Of a DNA stretch of 64,000 bases, positions 1 to 10,241 are shown one piece after another. The notes under the pieces are model-generated. The model did no database searches and was not told the origin of the DNA. It saw only the letters and a program-made list of their open reading frames with translations. Within the stretch, counting starts at the first letter, position 1. Every line of letters starts with the position of its first letter. The stretch is from Chitinophaga pinensis (GTDB taxonomy: Bacteria; Bacteroidota; Bacteroidia; NS11-12g; UBA955). Both the position numbers and the translations under genes were made by a program. The stretch spans positions 88,174 through 152,173 of the forward strand of contig CAMDUE010000003.1 in assembly GCA_945877575.1 (NCBI GenBank), read 5' to 3'.

Positions 1-408
1 GAACTTTTAAGAATGTTCTTATACCATGAACTACCTGAGAAAATTCACCAAGGACTTATTGATCGTTACCAATTAACCAAAGAGTCTATTTTTGAAGCGG
101 TTTACAATAAGCCCAATCCAAACGTTTATCTAGCATCTTTTATGCGCTTCTTGAGCGATAATCGCGACAGCAAATGGGTTCGTGATTTCATTTATAATGG
201 ATTTAGTAAATTCATCAATATCCATATCTGGAAATACGAAAACCACAAAGACGTTCCTGTACACTTTGTAGGTTCAGTGGCATTCCACTTCCAAGATTTG
301 CTCCGTGAAGCTTGCAAAATTCACCGCTTAAACATTGGTGTAATCACCAGCGAGCCCGTGGTTAATTTGGTGGAATACCATCTGAAAAAATTGGGCGTTC
401 ACGCATGA
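1..408 (+). CDS. 3' fragment of a BadF/BadG/BcrA/BcrD-type sugar kinase (N-acetylglucosamine-kinase-like). The ORF runs off the window start.
   Basis: The ORF is open to the window edge. The C-terminal region (HFVGSVAFHF...VVNLVEYHL) looks like the ROK/BadF-family sugar kinase C-terminus. The stop overlaps the pgmB start (ATGA), which suggests an operon with pgmB and the GH65 gene. Confidence 0.4.
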   Translation, partial: ELLRMFLYHELPEKIHQGLIDRYQLTKESIFEAVYNKPNPNVYLASFMRFLSDNRDSKWVRDFIYNGFSKFINIHIWKYENHKDVPVHFVGSVAFHFQDLLREACKIHRLNIGVITSEPVVNLVEYHLKKLGVHA

Positions 409-1046
409 AACAAGGAATCATCCTTGACTTAGATGGAGTAATTTGCGATACCGCCGAATTCCATTTCAAAGCTTGGAAAAGGCTCGCCGCTGAGTACGAC
501 CTTCTCCTTACTCATGATCACAACGAACAACTCAAAGGAGTTTCTCGTGGGGACTCACTTAAGCTAATTTTAAAATGGGCCGGTCGAGTACTAAGTACAG
601 ATCAATTTAACAGAGATCTTGAACGAAAAAACGGTTGGTACCTTGAACTAGTTGATTCTATGTCAACCAAAGACTTGCTACCGGGTGTTCGCGATTTTTT
701 TGAACGCGCCGTGCGATACAACGTTCCCCTTGCATTAGGTTCTGCCAGTAAGAATGCTCGTTTGGTGCTATCTAAAGTAGGATTGGTTGACACTTTTAAA
801 GGAATTGTAGATGCCTCTACCGTCACCTACGGTAAACCTCATCCCGAAACCTTTTTGAAAGCCGCTGAAATACTGAATATAGCTCCCGAAAACTGCATCG
901 TTTTTGAAGATAGCCTTTCCGGTGTTCAAGCTGCAAAGGCTGCCAACATGTATACCGTTGGAGTTGGAATTCCTCAAGATTTGCCTCTAGCCGATGAATA
1001 CGTGACAAATCTCGGCAATTACGATTTTCACACCTATTTGAATTAA
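405..1046 (+). CDS. pgmB: beta-phosphoglucomutase (HAD superfamily)
   Basis: The N-terminal HAD motif LDLDGVICDT is present. It is the right length at 213 aa. The conserved pairing is kept, with a GH65 phosphorylase gene 15 nt downstream. Confidence 0.85.
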   Translation: MKQGIILDLDGVICDTAEFHFKAWKRLAAEYDLLLTHDHNEQLKGVSRGDSLKLILKWAGRVLSTDQFNRDLERKNGWYLELVDSMSTKDLLPGVRDFFERAVRYNVPLALGSASKNARLVLSKVGLVDTFKGIVDASTVTYGKPHPETFLKAAEILNIAPENCIVFEDSLSGVQAAKAANMYTVGVGIPQDLPLADEYVTNLGNYDFHTYLN

Positions 1047-1061
1047 CAACACATTATTTCC

Positions 1062-3368
1062 ATGAAATCCTATTTCAAAGTTCACCCTTGGAAGGTCATT
1101 GAAGAAGGTTTTGACCCTCAATACAACGAAGTTGCTGAAAGCGTTTTTGCCATCGGAAATGGCATGATGGGGCAACGCGCAAATTTAGAAGAAACGTACA
1201 CCGGTCATACCCTTCAAGGTACCTATGTGGGTGGGGTTTATTACCCAGATAAAACCCGAGTGGGCTGGTGGAAAAACGGCTATCCAGAATATTTTGCCAA
1301 AGTCATAAACAGTACTTATTGGAGCGGTATTGTATTGAAAATCAACAATGAAGAAGTTGATTTAAAGAATGCCACCATCAACCAGTTCTATCGTGAATTA
1401 GACATGTTCAACGGTGTGTTAAATCGCCGTAGCACCATCACCTTATACAACGGCATTGAGGTTACCATTGAGTCTACCCGTTTTTACAGCCTCATCAACA
1501 AAGAATATTCCGCCCTCCGATACCGCGTTAAAACCAATCAGAATTGCGAGGTTTCCTTAACCAACTACCTAGATGGTGATATATCCAACAAAGACAGCAA
1601 CTACGACGAGAAATTCTGGCTCGAAGAGCATCAAGAAAGCACGTCCAACGAGCTTCATCTATTGGTTAGAACCAAGAAACTCGATTGGCTTTTAGCTACC
1701 TCTTGCGTGGCTCAGTTTTTCCTCGACGGCGAAACTTTTTCTCCCGAACCGCATCACCAAACGCGCTCTAAATATGCGGAAAGTACTTATTCTTTTTCTC
1801 TTTCCGGGGGACATGAATTCGTGTTTGTGAAACACGTCATCTCTGCCAGCAACTTCAATCATCCTAATGATGCTGTCTTAATTCACGCGAAAAATGCCGT
1901 AAAAAAAATGGCTTCCTCCACTTTTGAATCTCACCTCGAAATGAGTTCAAAAGCATGGAACGAAAAATGGAACAACCACGATGTAGTTGTTGAAGGCGAT
2001 GATGCTGCCCAACAAGCCGTTCGTTTCAATATTTATCATCTTAACCAAACCTACTGCGGCGACGACCCACGATTGAACATCGGTCCTAAAGGATTCACCG
2101 GCGAAAAATACGGCGGAAGTACCTATTGGGACACTGAAGCGTATTGCCTCCCGTTCTATCTCGTTTCCAGCCATTCCAGCATATCCAAGCAACTGCTTGT
2201 TTACAGATATAAACAGCTCAATAAGGCCATTGAAAATGCCGCAAAACTAGGATTCAATAACGGTGCGGCTTTATATCCCATGGTTACCATGAACGGTGAA
2301 GAATGCCACAACGAGTGGGAAATCACCTTCGAAGAAATCCACCGAAACGGAGCCATTGCTTATGCCATTCACAACTACATTGAGCATACTGGAGATCGCG
2401 CATACCTTGCCGAAGGCGGATTTGAAGTCCTTTTGGGGATATCCAGATTTTGGGCACAACGAGTTCATTGGAACGCGAGAAAGGAACGTTATGAAATGCA
2501 CGGCGTAACCGGCCCCAACGAATACGAAAATAACGTAAACAACAATTGGTATACCAGTTACATTGCTATGTGGTGTTTGAAATACACCCGTCAATCTGCT
2601 GAATTTTTACAATCCAAATTCCCACAAATTTTTGCAGAAATCAGTCGTAAAACTGCATTTGACCTAGCTGGTGAAACGGCAAAGTGGAATCACGTGGTTG
2701 AAAATATGTATCTCCCCTACGACAAGGAAGATAATGTTTTTGTGCAGCACGATGGTTTCTTAGATAAAGAACTCATTCCCGTTAATGATCTTCCTGCCGC
2801 TGATAGACCCCTAAACCAAAAATGGAGTTGGGACCGAATTTTGCGCAGCGTTTACATCAAACAAGCCGATGTCTTACAAGGTCTCTATTTCTTTGAAGAC
2901 GACTTTGATCAGGAAACACATAAGCGAAACTTCCTATTCTACGAACCCTTCACCGTGCACGAAAGCTCGTTAAGTCCTTGTGTTCACAGCATTTTGGCGG
3001 CCAAAATAGGAGAATTTGACAAGGCATATGAAATGTACTTACGTACTGCTAGGTTAGACCTTGACAATTACAACAACGACACCGAAGACGGACTCCACAT
3101 TACCTCTATGGCAGGAAGTTACTTGAGCATTGTTCAGGGTTTCGGGGGACTAAGAATCAAAAATCTGCATCTTCAACTGTCTCCTTCCCTACCCAATCAG
3201 TGGAAGAAATATGCCTTTAAGATTCTTTATCACAATCAACCTGTAAACATTGAGGTTTCACAGAATCAAGTTTGCATCAGCAACTTGGGTGAATCTACCA
3301 TTGAATTCAGTTTGTATGATCAATTGCATACCTTAAATGCTGGTCAGAGTTCGGTTTTCAATCGTTAA
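1062..3368 (+). CDS. GH65 family disaccharide phosphorylase (maltose/kojibiose/trehalose phosphorylase-like)
   Basis: The 768 aa length and the N-terminal region (HPWKVIEEGFDP...FAIGNGMMGQRANLEE) are typical of GH65 phosphorylases. It sits directly downstream of beta-PGM. Confidence 0.85.
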   Translation: MKSYFKVHPWKVIEEGFDPQYNEVAESVFAIGNGMMGQRANLEETYTGHTLQGTYVGGVYYPDKTRVGWWKNGYPEYFAKVINSTYWSGIVLKINNEEVDLKNATINQFYRELDMFNGVLNRRSTITLYNGIEVTIESTRFYSLINKEYSALRYRVKTNQNCEVSLTNYLDGDISNKDSNYDEKFWLEEHQESTSNELHLLVRTKKLDWLLATSCVAQFFLDGETFSPEPHHQTRSKYAESTYSFSLSGGHEFVFVKHVISASNFNHPNDAVLIHAKNAVKKMASSTFESHLEMSSKAWNEKWNNHDVVVEGDDAAQQAVRFNIYHLNQTYCGDDPRLNIGPKGFTGEKYGGSTYWDTEAYCLPFYLVSSHSSISKQLLVYRYKQLNKAIENAAKLGFNNGAALYPMVTMNGEECHNEWEITFEEIHRNGAIAYAIHNYIEHTGDRAYLAEGGFEVLLGISRFWAQRVHWNARKERYEMHGVTGPNEYENNVNNNWYTSYIAMWCLKYTRQSAEFLQSKFPQIFAEISRKTAFDLAGETAKWNHVVENMYLPYDKEDNVFVQHDGFLDKELIPVNDLPAADRPLNQKWSWDRILRSVYIKQADVLQGLYFFEDDFDQETHKRNFLFYEPFTVHESSLSPCVHSILAAKIGEFDKAYEMYLRTARLDLDNYNNDTEDGLHITSMAGSYLSIVQGFGGLRIKNLHLQLSPSLPNQWKKYAFKILYHNQPVNIEVSQNQVCISNLGESTIEFSLYDQLHTLNAGQSSVFNR

Positions 3369-3371
3369 TGA

Positions 3372-4640
3372 TTACTTCATCAGTTTGTAAAGGAATTCCA
3401 AATTCACCTCATCTATTCTTGTCATACCATTGGATTTAATTACCGTTTGGGCATTGACAATCTGTACATTGAAATAAGGCAACAACTGTGATAGATCAGT
3501 TGCTTGACTTTCACTCAATTCAACGGCTTTGCTAAAATCAAATCCCAAAGGGGTACAAATGAGCATTGCTGCATACTTTACTTCATCTGAATTCTTAAAC
3601 AAAGCCTTATCAGCTTCTGTCAATTGACTGTTCCTCAAATCAGGAAACGTCTTCACCATGCGCTGCACGTTCACAAACTTAGATTCAAACCCTTGTATCA
3701 TCCAGGCTGCAGAAATGTATTTACCAGTTTTAAATGGTAGAGGGGTGTTGGTAGTTGGTACTGGGTTGTTGGTAGTTGGTAGGGGGTCGTTGGTAGGGGG
3801 CAGAGGGTCGGGGGTAGTTGGTAGACTGTCTTGATTTATTACTGAGCCGACGGGGAATTCACTATATAGTAGTCTTTTTCCATAGCGATAACGGTCTTTA
3901 TTTACCATGGCAATATAATTTTGCATATTGTCTTGGCGGTAGTTGATTCTAAATTTGACTTTTTTGGAGGTATTTTGAAGTTCATGAATCACTACCTCTG
4001 GAATGGCCGTCCAATTCAATACGAAGCCTGCCCCTAAAACTGCACCAATGGGGGCTAATATTAAACCTGCTACTGGCTCTTCAATTTCATAATTCACAAT
4101 AACAAAGGTAATAATCGCACCAGCAACAGCACCAACAGAACCATCTCTAATCAACTTATCTTCTAAGGTATTTCCGCGTCTGATATACCAAATATCATTA
4201 TATGGCACAAAGCCCAATTTCTTGACTGATTTTCGATACAAATAAACTCCGTTTGAATCTGCTGCAATTAATTTCCCTTTTGTAAGCTTCCGTTTTTGAG
4301 AAAAGATCTTGTCTTTCCTTTTTTGATCTCCGAATTTCAAATAAACCTGCTGTCTTACTAAACCACTCCTTGAAAACTGTCCAATTGACATTTTCACTTT
4401 ATAATAAGGCGTCTTCTGTAAGCGATATCTATTTCGCAGAGAATCAAGCAGTTCTTGGGTGATATCGTAATATGAAATGGTGCCAAGATTCGTATTATTT
4501 AAAGGCGGCAAAGGTCTATTGGAAATACTGAGAGCCGATTCGCTTCCACTTCCCATAAGTCCTTGCCCGAAGGAATATCCCCCGGAAAAAAAAGAAAAAA
4601 CTAACGCAATAATCCTTAAAGACAAAGCACTTTTTTGCAT
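3372..4640 (-). CDS. hypothetical membrane protein with a Pro/Thr-rich repeat linker
   Basis: There is an N-terminal signal or TM segment and an internal PTTPDPLPPTNDPLPTTNNPVPTTNTPLP repeat (a GTTGGTAG DNA repeat at 3740..3830). Hydrophobic segments follow downstream. There is no recognisable catalytic domain. Confidence 0.5.
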   Translation of the reverse strand: MQKSALSLRIIALVFSFFSGGYSFGQGLMGSGSESALSISNRPLPPLNNTNLGTISYYDITQELLDSLRNRYRLQKTPYYKVKMSIGQFSRSGLVRQQVYLKFGDQKRKDKIFSQKRKLTKGKLIAADSNGVYLYRKSVKKLGFVPYNDIWYIRRGNTLEDKLIRDGSVGAVAGAIITFVIVNYEIEEPVAGLILAPIGAVLGAGFVLNWTAIPEVVIHELQNTSKKVKFRINYRQDNMQNYIAMVNKDRYRYGKRLLYSEFPVGSVINQDSLPTTPDPLPPTNDPLPTTNNPVPTTNTPLPFKTGKYISAAWMIQGFESKFVNVQRMVKTFPDLRNSQLTEADKALFKNSDEVKYAAMLICTPLGFDFSKAVELSESQATDLSQLLPYFNVQIVNAQTVIKSNGMTRIDEVNLEFLYKLMK

Positions 4641-4702
4641 GGAACGAAACTAACAACTCTCATTCAAACAAATTTTGCATTTTTTGCAAATGACCCAAAA
4701 AG

Positions 4703-4723
4703 AATTACGGAAAATCCTTAATT
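4703..4723. promoter_or_regulatory. dyad motif AATTACGGA-AAA-TCCtTAATT, with one mismatch, about 60 nt upstream of the 3372..4640 gene
   Basis: The sequence was read directly. It is a near-identical copy of the perfect dyad at 46112..46132. Confidence 0.45.
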
Positions 4724-4725
4724 GT

Positions 4726-6264
4726 CTAATTCTTTATGAATCTAAATATTGAATCCCCTTGCGAGCCAGCGCTATGAATAATATATACGCCAACCGGCCA
4801 ATCCTGAATATTGATGGAGATTGTGGGAGAAATTACATTATCTCCATACATCAGATTGCCAACGGAATTGTACACGCGAATATTAGACCTGTAAGGCAAA
4901 TTAATAACTCTGATCTCATTGGTTGAGGGATTTGGATAAGCCACGATTTTATTTTTATTTATCCCTGAAACATTCAACATCTTTAAAGGTGTGGTATCTA
5001 ACTCCAAGTTTTCATCGCCCGTTTTATAGAGGGTATACCAATAATAAATGAGAAACATTTCATCAGCAGTTCCCTCACCCGCGGCAACATCTCTGGGCGG
5101 CATGTTGGGATTGTGAGGATTGGCATACGTATTGTCATAGGTGGCCTTGCCCCATAATACGGAACCCTTGGGTGATACGATAGGTTTCCTGAATTGATAA
5201 GCCATTTGCCAGTGAAAATCCCACTTTGGAATGTCAATAATATCTGTGGTATCAACGCCGTTTACGAGGAAAGATTTAATCGAATCCCCCAAAAGATGCA
5301 TATGAGGTGCAACAGCAAGGAGGCTGATTTTAGCGGGCATAACAAATCGATTGGAAAAGGATTTAATGGTATTAGCCTCGATATACAAAGGTCCGTTTAT
5401 CAATGAGTTGTTGCTAAAATTCAAAGGGGATTGCACAAAAACCTCCCTTTGACTTTTGGGGTCTTCTAACATTAAATTCAACTTAGTAGAATCCCAAATT
5501 TGATTGATACCCGGAGGATAGTGTATTTGTATAACAATGACACTGTTCTTTTTCAATCTTGCAGCAAAGTCCAAAGGATAGATAAAAGGAGATTGACCAG
5601 GAACATACATACCCATTAGGACCGACGTAGCACTACCGGTACTTCCAAAAGCGGAATATCCCGGCTCCGGATCGGCATTATCCAATTGAAGTGGTTTTTG
5701 AGAAGTATCTTGAAAGATCAATACGTGATGTACAATTTTTCGATTACCAGGAACAACTTCCATTCCCTTAATCATTTTATCAATAAATAAATTACTTGGA
5801 ATAGCGAAACATCGATAAACATCATCATTGGTTTTCACCAAATAAGGAGTCATTTTATAGGTAGCATCAACCCTTGGCAAATCACTTTTTGAATTTTGAA
5901 CGGGCTTCTTCGGCTCTTTGGAAGTATCTCCTTGGGGATGATTGTTCTCGTTCCAACGCTTAATTACATCTATTTCATAAGCTGATAATACATTTTCATG
6001 GGCATACCTATTCTTCTCGAGGCTTGCTGGGAATGGTGGCATTCGCTTTGCTTGTGTAGCGGAAACCACAGCATTACCTAAATATTTCACCTCATTATAA
6101 TTGCTCAATGCGAAAGGAGCAATACCTCCCGCACTGTGGCAGGGTGTGCAACTCTTATAGATGATGGGTGCCACATGCTCGCTCCAGTTGGGGCCAGATT
6201 GAGCGTCGATCTTTAATACCGAAAAAATCAAAAAAGATAAAACTGAAAACCGCTTGAATTGCAT
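4726..6264 (-). CDS. secreted fusion protein: c-type cytochrome (CXXCH) domain plus a copper monooxygenase (PHM/DBH-like) domain, with a T9SS C-terminal sorting domain
   Basis: A signal peptide is present. The CTPCH heme-binding motif lies near the N-terminus. HHVLIF and PHMHLLG, with ...ADEMF, look like the CuH/CuM His/Met ligand motifs of type II copper monooxygenases. The last ~75 aa (YPNPSTNEIRVINL...VGVYIIHS...) are a typical Por/T9SS sorting tail. Confidence 0.5.
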   Translation of the reverse strand: MQFKRFSVLSFLIFSVLKIDAQSGPNWSEHVAPIIYKSCTPCHSAGGIAPFALSNYNEVKYLGNAVVSATQAKRMPPFPASLEKNRYAHENVLSAYEIDVIKRWNENNHPQGDTSKEPKKPVQNSKSDLPRVDATYKMTPYLVKTNDDVYRCFAIPSNLFIDKMIKGMEVVPGNRKIVHHVLIFQDTSQKPLQLDNADPEPGYSAFGSTGSATSVLMGMYVPGQSPFIYPLDFAARLKKNSVIVIQIHYPPGINQIWDSTKLNLMLEDPKSQREVFVQSPLNFSNNSLINGPLYIEANTIKSFSNRFVMPAKISLLAVAPHMHLLGDSIKSFLVNGVDTTDIIDIPKWDFHWQMAYQFRKPIVSPKGSVLWGKATYDNTYANPHNPNMPPRDVAAGEGTADEMFLIYYWYTLYKTGDENLELDTTPLKMLNVSGINKNKIVAYPNPSTNEIRVINLPYRSNIRVYNSVGNLMYGDNVISPTISINIQDWPVGVYIIHSAGSQGDSIFRFIKN

Positions 6265-6326
6265 ACCTTAATTAGACGACTTAAACCTAAAAAGGTTTAC
6301 TTGCATTTTAAAATTATCTTTGCAAT

Positions 6327-7220
6327 GTGCTTTTAACCGTAACTCCAGATACGCTGCCCGAATACGAACTCATTGACAGCGGCAACTTCGAAAAATTAGA
6401 ACGCTTCGGCAAGTGGGTCCTCAGAAGGCCAGAACCACAAGCAGTTTGGAGTAAAAGTCTTCCCGAAGAACAATGGAAGAATCTATCTCATGCCGAATTC
6501 TTCAGAAAGACCAACGATAAATTGGATGCAGATGCTGGTAACTGGACCATTAAAAGAGGAATGCCAGACAGATGGTTAGTCAATTACAAAAAAGGAAGTC
6601 TTAATTTCAACATGAGGTTGGCTTTGACCTCTTTCAAACATGTGGGAATTTTCCCTGAGCAAGCGAGCAATTGGGACTTTATTGCAACCAAATGTAAGAC
6701 ATTCAAACACCAACCTAAAGTATTGAACTTGTTTGCCTACACTGGAGGTGCATCGCTAGCTGCATGTCAATCGGGCGCAGACATTACTCACGTTGATAGC
6801 GTGAAACAAGTAGTAACATGGAGCAGAGAAAATATGGAATCATCTAACCTAGACGGAATTCGTTGGGTCATTGAAGATGCCTTTAAATTTGTTCAACGAG
6901 AAGTGAAACGAGGCAAAAAATACGACGGCATTATACTTGATCCACCCGCTTATGGAAGGGGACCGCAAGGCGAAAAATGGGTACTTGAAAAACAGATCAA
7001 TGAGTTGTTGCAAATGTGCTCGGAAATTCTTGCCCCTCAAGGGTTTTTCATCATTAATTTATATTCTTTGGGATTTTCAGCGTTGATCACTGAGAACTTA
7101 ATTTATCAGCATTTTAAAACCCATTTAAAGAATTCCAATGCAAAGATTGAGCTGGGTGAATTATATTTAACTGATAAATTCAAGAAGAAACTTCCGTTGG
7201 GTACGTTTTTGAGGTTTTAA
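6327..7220 (+). CDS. class I SAM-dependent methyltransferase (RlmI/YccW-like, Methyltrans_SAM type)
   Basis: The LNLFAYTGGASL (SAM-binding) and ILDPPAY (catalytic DPPxF/Y) motifs match. Confidence 0.7.
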   Translation: MLLTVTPDTLPEYELIDSGNFEKLERFGKWVLRRPEPQAVWSKSLPEEQWKNLSHAEFFRKTNDKLDADAGNWTIKRGMPDRWLVNYKKGSLNFNMRLALTSFKHVGIFPEQASNWDFIATKCKTFKHQPKVLNLFAYTGGASLAACQSGADITHVDSVKQVVTWSRENMESSNLDGIRWVIEDAFKFVQREVKRGKKYDGIILDPPAYGRGPQGEKWVLEKQINELLQMCSEILAPQGFFIINLYSLGFSALITENLIYQHFKTHLKNSNAKIELGELYLTDKFKKKLPLGTFLRF

Positions 7221-7261
7221 ACACTTCAAACGATACCCTTATCGCAAAAAGAAACCTACTT

Positions 7262-7393
7262 TTAAAACGAAGGACAAGATCTAACTGATTTTCTCTTTAT
7301 GGGATTAAAATCAGCCCTGTGCGTTGATTTACAGGCACTTAAAAACACAATAAGACCTAAAACAAGTGTAATAATCTTAAAAGACTTTTTCAT
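7262..7393 (-). CDS. possible small lipoprotein ORF (43 aa)
   Basis: Translated by hand: MKKSFKIITLVLGLIVFLSACKSTHRADFNPIKRKSVRSCPSF. It has a signal peptide plus an LSAC lipobox. It is short and unsupported otherwise. Confidence 0.25.
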   Translation of the reverse strand: MKKSFKIITLVLGLIVFLSACKSTHRADFNPIKRKSVRSCPSF

Positions 7394-7572
7394 TTACGAA
7401 TTATTTATGATGCAAAGTTAAGATATAAAATAGTTAACGCAGAAGCTCAAAATTTATTTTACAAATGATTAATCTACTACTAACAGGTTTAAAACCTCAA
7501 ATAATTTGGACTAGCAAGTTGTTACATCTTGAAAAATAAATAAAAATACGAATCCAATTATGTTTTAAATCA

Positions 7573-7624
7573 AAAAGAGATACCCTATTGTAAATGATTA
7601 ATATTTACAATAGGGTATCTCTTC
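7573..7624. terminator. rho-independent terminator-like hairpin (about 20 bp perfect stem) downstream of the TonB-dependent receptor gene
   Basis: aaagagataccctattgtaaa / tttacaatagggtatctctt is a perfect inverted repeat with a ~10 nt loop. It lies 30 nt past the minus-strand stop at 7653 and is followed by T-rich sequence on the minus strand. Confidence 0.5.
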
Positions 7625-7652
7625 AAATGAAACTATTGAGTAAAAAAAAAGA

Positions 7653-10235
7653 TTAATCTAAGGTCCAGACAACACCTAAAGATACTGCACATGGGTCTCT
7701 GCGATGAGAAAAGATATTATCACCGGTCACAGCCGAACTATTTATATAACCATTATAAAACTGCAAAGAACCATTGGCATTGACGTCATTGTACAAAATA
7801 TCTGAAACATTAAGTACATTATCAACTTTGAATCTTAAATCAATATTCTTCTTGATATTATAATTTGAAGTTATATTCAACATGAATCCAGTTTTTTGGA
7901 TAATTGAAAAGAAATCAACTTCAGTTCCCGCAATCAGGTATCTATCTCCTTGGTAAAATCCAGAAATTGATACATAACCTTTATTCTTAGGGAATATACC
8001 CGTTATCTGAGCGTTAATCACGTAAGGTGATTGTCCTATCATTGGGGTCTTTGTTAAAACAATACTATCCTTCTCTTTAGTCCCTTGGTTTTCGAATAAT
8101 AATGAAATATTATAACTAAAATTCATCATCAACTCAATTCTTTCAAAATATTTTTTAGACCTTAGTTTGATCATCTTTTGAAGTTCAATTTCTCCACCAT
8201 AAGTGATTGAGTTGTGATAATTGCTAAAAATAAAAGCATTTTGACCTTGAATTTTACCAATTACGGGATCATGGATATTCTTATAAAACAAACCGTAATT
8301 AAGTGTAAGATTTTTTGCATAAGTCTCATATCGAATCTCAAAATTATCTACCACTGACACTGGCTTCAAACTTGCATTTCCGTATGCTTCTAACCAATTC
8401 TTAATATCCAAATACTCCAACGGTGAAAACTCCCTTAATTCAGGTCTATTACACGTTTTACCAGCCGCAAATCGAATTTGTTTCGCTGGATTAATCTTGT
8501 AAGTCACATTCAAACTTGGGAAGAAATTATTGCTCTTTCTAACAATTTCGCCAGTATTATATTTCAATTCAAATCCTTCACTTCTCAATGTGAAATTTGT
8601 ATATTCATAGCGAACTCCAGTGTTTATATTCCATTTCTTACCACTGTAATTATATTGTACGAAACCTGCATTAGTAGTTAATGTTGCCTCGTATGAATTG
8701 TAGGGCCAAGTATATTCATCTATCAACACACCGGTATGGCTATCCACAGTATCTGTCCATGTTGAATTTACCATACCTAAACAACGCAAGTCGAAATCTC
8801 TTTTGGTTTGATCTAATCTAAGCCCGGTTTTAAAACTAGAACTTTCATTTACCTTATAGGTAAAATCAAGTCTACCTTGAAGAGCATCCTCTGGAAGACT
8901 ATAAAACCACCTACCGTATTTCAATTGATCCATGATAAAGGCATATTCCTTTCGAAAGTCAAAAGTAGTTGTATTTCCAAGCGGGCTATCATCACGAGTC
9001 AATAAAGCATTTTTTCGATCCAAATCTAGAAATCTAGATAGATTCATACTTCCACCACCTTCAATTTTGAATTTCCCGTTATTGAAATCTTTAGAAAGAT
9101 TTAATGAACTAATTAAAAATCTTCTGTAAACATTAGAACTAGAATATTGCTTAAAGGAAATATATTCATAAATTCCATTCTCCCCATAATTGCCGGGAAG
9201 GGCATAACCTTGTCTATTTAAAACATTGAATTCCGCATTGTTAACCAATAACGTTTTAAAATCAGCCCTAAACCCAGTTTTATTCCCATACGTGAAATTA
9301 TTCAAAAGGCTCACTCTGTTAGTGGTTGTAAAGTTGTTGTCGGAAAAATTCAAAGTCCTAGAAATGTCTGGTATAGTTCTCAATGAAGATCGACGTAAAA
9401 CTCTATTCTCATGTCTATTCTCTACAACAAACATATGACTTGAACCGAAAAAACCGTTTCTAACTTTTACTCTATTAGTACGTAAGATTCTGAAATTAAA
9501 ATTGGGCACCAATTGCGATTTTAATTCAATCGGAAAATAATTATCATTAAATTCACTGGTTAACTGTTTTCTTTCAGCCACACTAATATCAGATTCATCA
9601 ATTCTCCTGTCTTTCCAGTCATTTGGAAGGTCATTGATTCCAGGATTTAATCCAAACAAATTTTTACCCTTATTATCCTGAACAAAAAATTTCTGACCCA
9701 AGGTTTGAAAATCTCCACCCATGGAAAAACTGAATTTCCATTGATTCTTATCGGGTAAGGATAAAGTTTCAATATTTACAATTCCACCGCAAAAATCAGC
9801 TGGATACTCTGCAGAAGCCGATTTCAAGACCTTAATATTGTCTAAAACTGCGGAAGGTAAAACATCCAAAGAAAACATACGAATATCTGGATCAAAACTT
9901 GGAGCTTTAAAGTTATCCAACATCACCACATTGTAACGTGGAGACACGCCACGTATTACGAGTTTTCCATCGTCCATGACATTAACACCTGAAATTTTCT
10001 TGACTGCATCGCTGGCGTTGTTAACCTGAATAACTCCTATGGTTTCTGCACTAAGACCATTCATTACCAAACCAGCACTTTTAATATCCTGGTTCATTGC
10101 CTGTCTGCTTCGTGAATTTCTAAATACTTTTATGTTCACTTCTTCAGATCTCATAGTATCTGAATCTTCATTCAAATTTTGCGAAAAAGAAAAATGAACG
10201 CTAAATATTAAGACGAATAAAAATATATGTCTCAT
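7653..10235 (-). CDS. TonB-dependent outer-membrane receptor (plug plus beta-barrel)
   Basis: A signal peptide is present. The N-terminal plug-like region reads VLKSASAEYPADFCGGIVNIET. The 860 aa protein is rich in beta-strand and aromatic residues. Confidence 0.65.
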   Translation of the reverse strand: MRHIFLFVLIFSVHFSFSQNLNEDSDTMRSEEVNIKVFRNSRSRQAMNQDIKSAGLVMNGLSAETIGVIQVNNASDAVKKISGVNVMDDGKLVIRGVSPRYNVVMLDNFKAPSFDPDIRMFSLDVLPSAVLDNIKVLKSASAEYPADFCGGIVNIETLSLPDKNQWKFSFSMGGDFQTLGQKFFVQDNKGKNLFGLNPGINDLPNDWKDRRIDESDISVAERKQLTSEFNDNYFPIELKSQLVPNFNFRILRTNRVKVRNGFFGSSHMFVVENRHENRVLRRSSLRTIPDISRTLNFSDNNFTTTNRVSLLNNFTYGNKTGFRADFKTLLVNNAEFNVLNRQGYALPGNYGENGIYEYISFKQYSSSNVYRRFLISSLNLSKDFNNGKFKIEGGGSMNLSRFLDLDRKNALLTRDDSPLGNTTTFDFRKEYAFIMDQLKYGRWFYSLPEDALQGRLDFTYKVNESSSFKTGLRLDQTKRDFDLRCLGMVNSTWTDTVDSHTGVLIDEYTWPYNSYEATLTTNAGFVQYNYSGKKWNINTGVRYEYTNFTLRSEGFELKYNTGEIVRKSNNFFPSLNVTYKINPAKQIRFAAGKTCNRPELREFSPLEYLDIKNWLEAYGNASLKPVSVVDNFEIRYETYAKNLTLNYGLFYKNIHDPVIGKIQGQNAFIFSNYHNSITYGGEIELQKMIKLRSKKYFERIELMMNFSYNISLLFENQGTKEKDSIVLTKTPMIGQSPYVINAQITGIFPKNKGYVSISGFYQGDRYLIAGTEVDFFSIIQKTGFMLNITSNYNIKKNIDLRFKVDNVLNVSDILYNDVNANGSLQFYNGYINSSAVTGDNIFSHRRDPCAVSLGVVWTLD

Positions 10236-10241
10236 AATAAA

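Noticed and set aside
6265-6326. Bacteroidetes -7 element TAtcTTTG immediately before the 6327 start
   Set aside because: It lies only 5 nt from the ATG, and the spacing to a candidate -33 TTG is not canonical, so it is too uncertain to report as a promoter.
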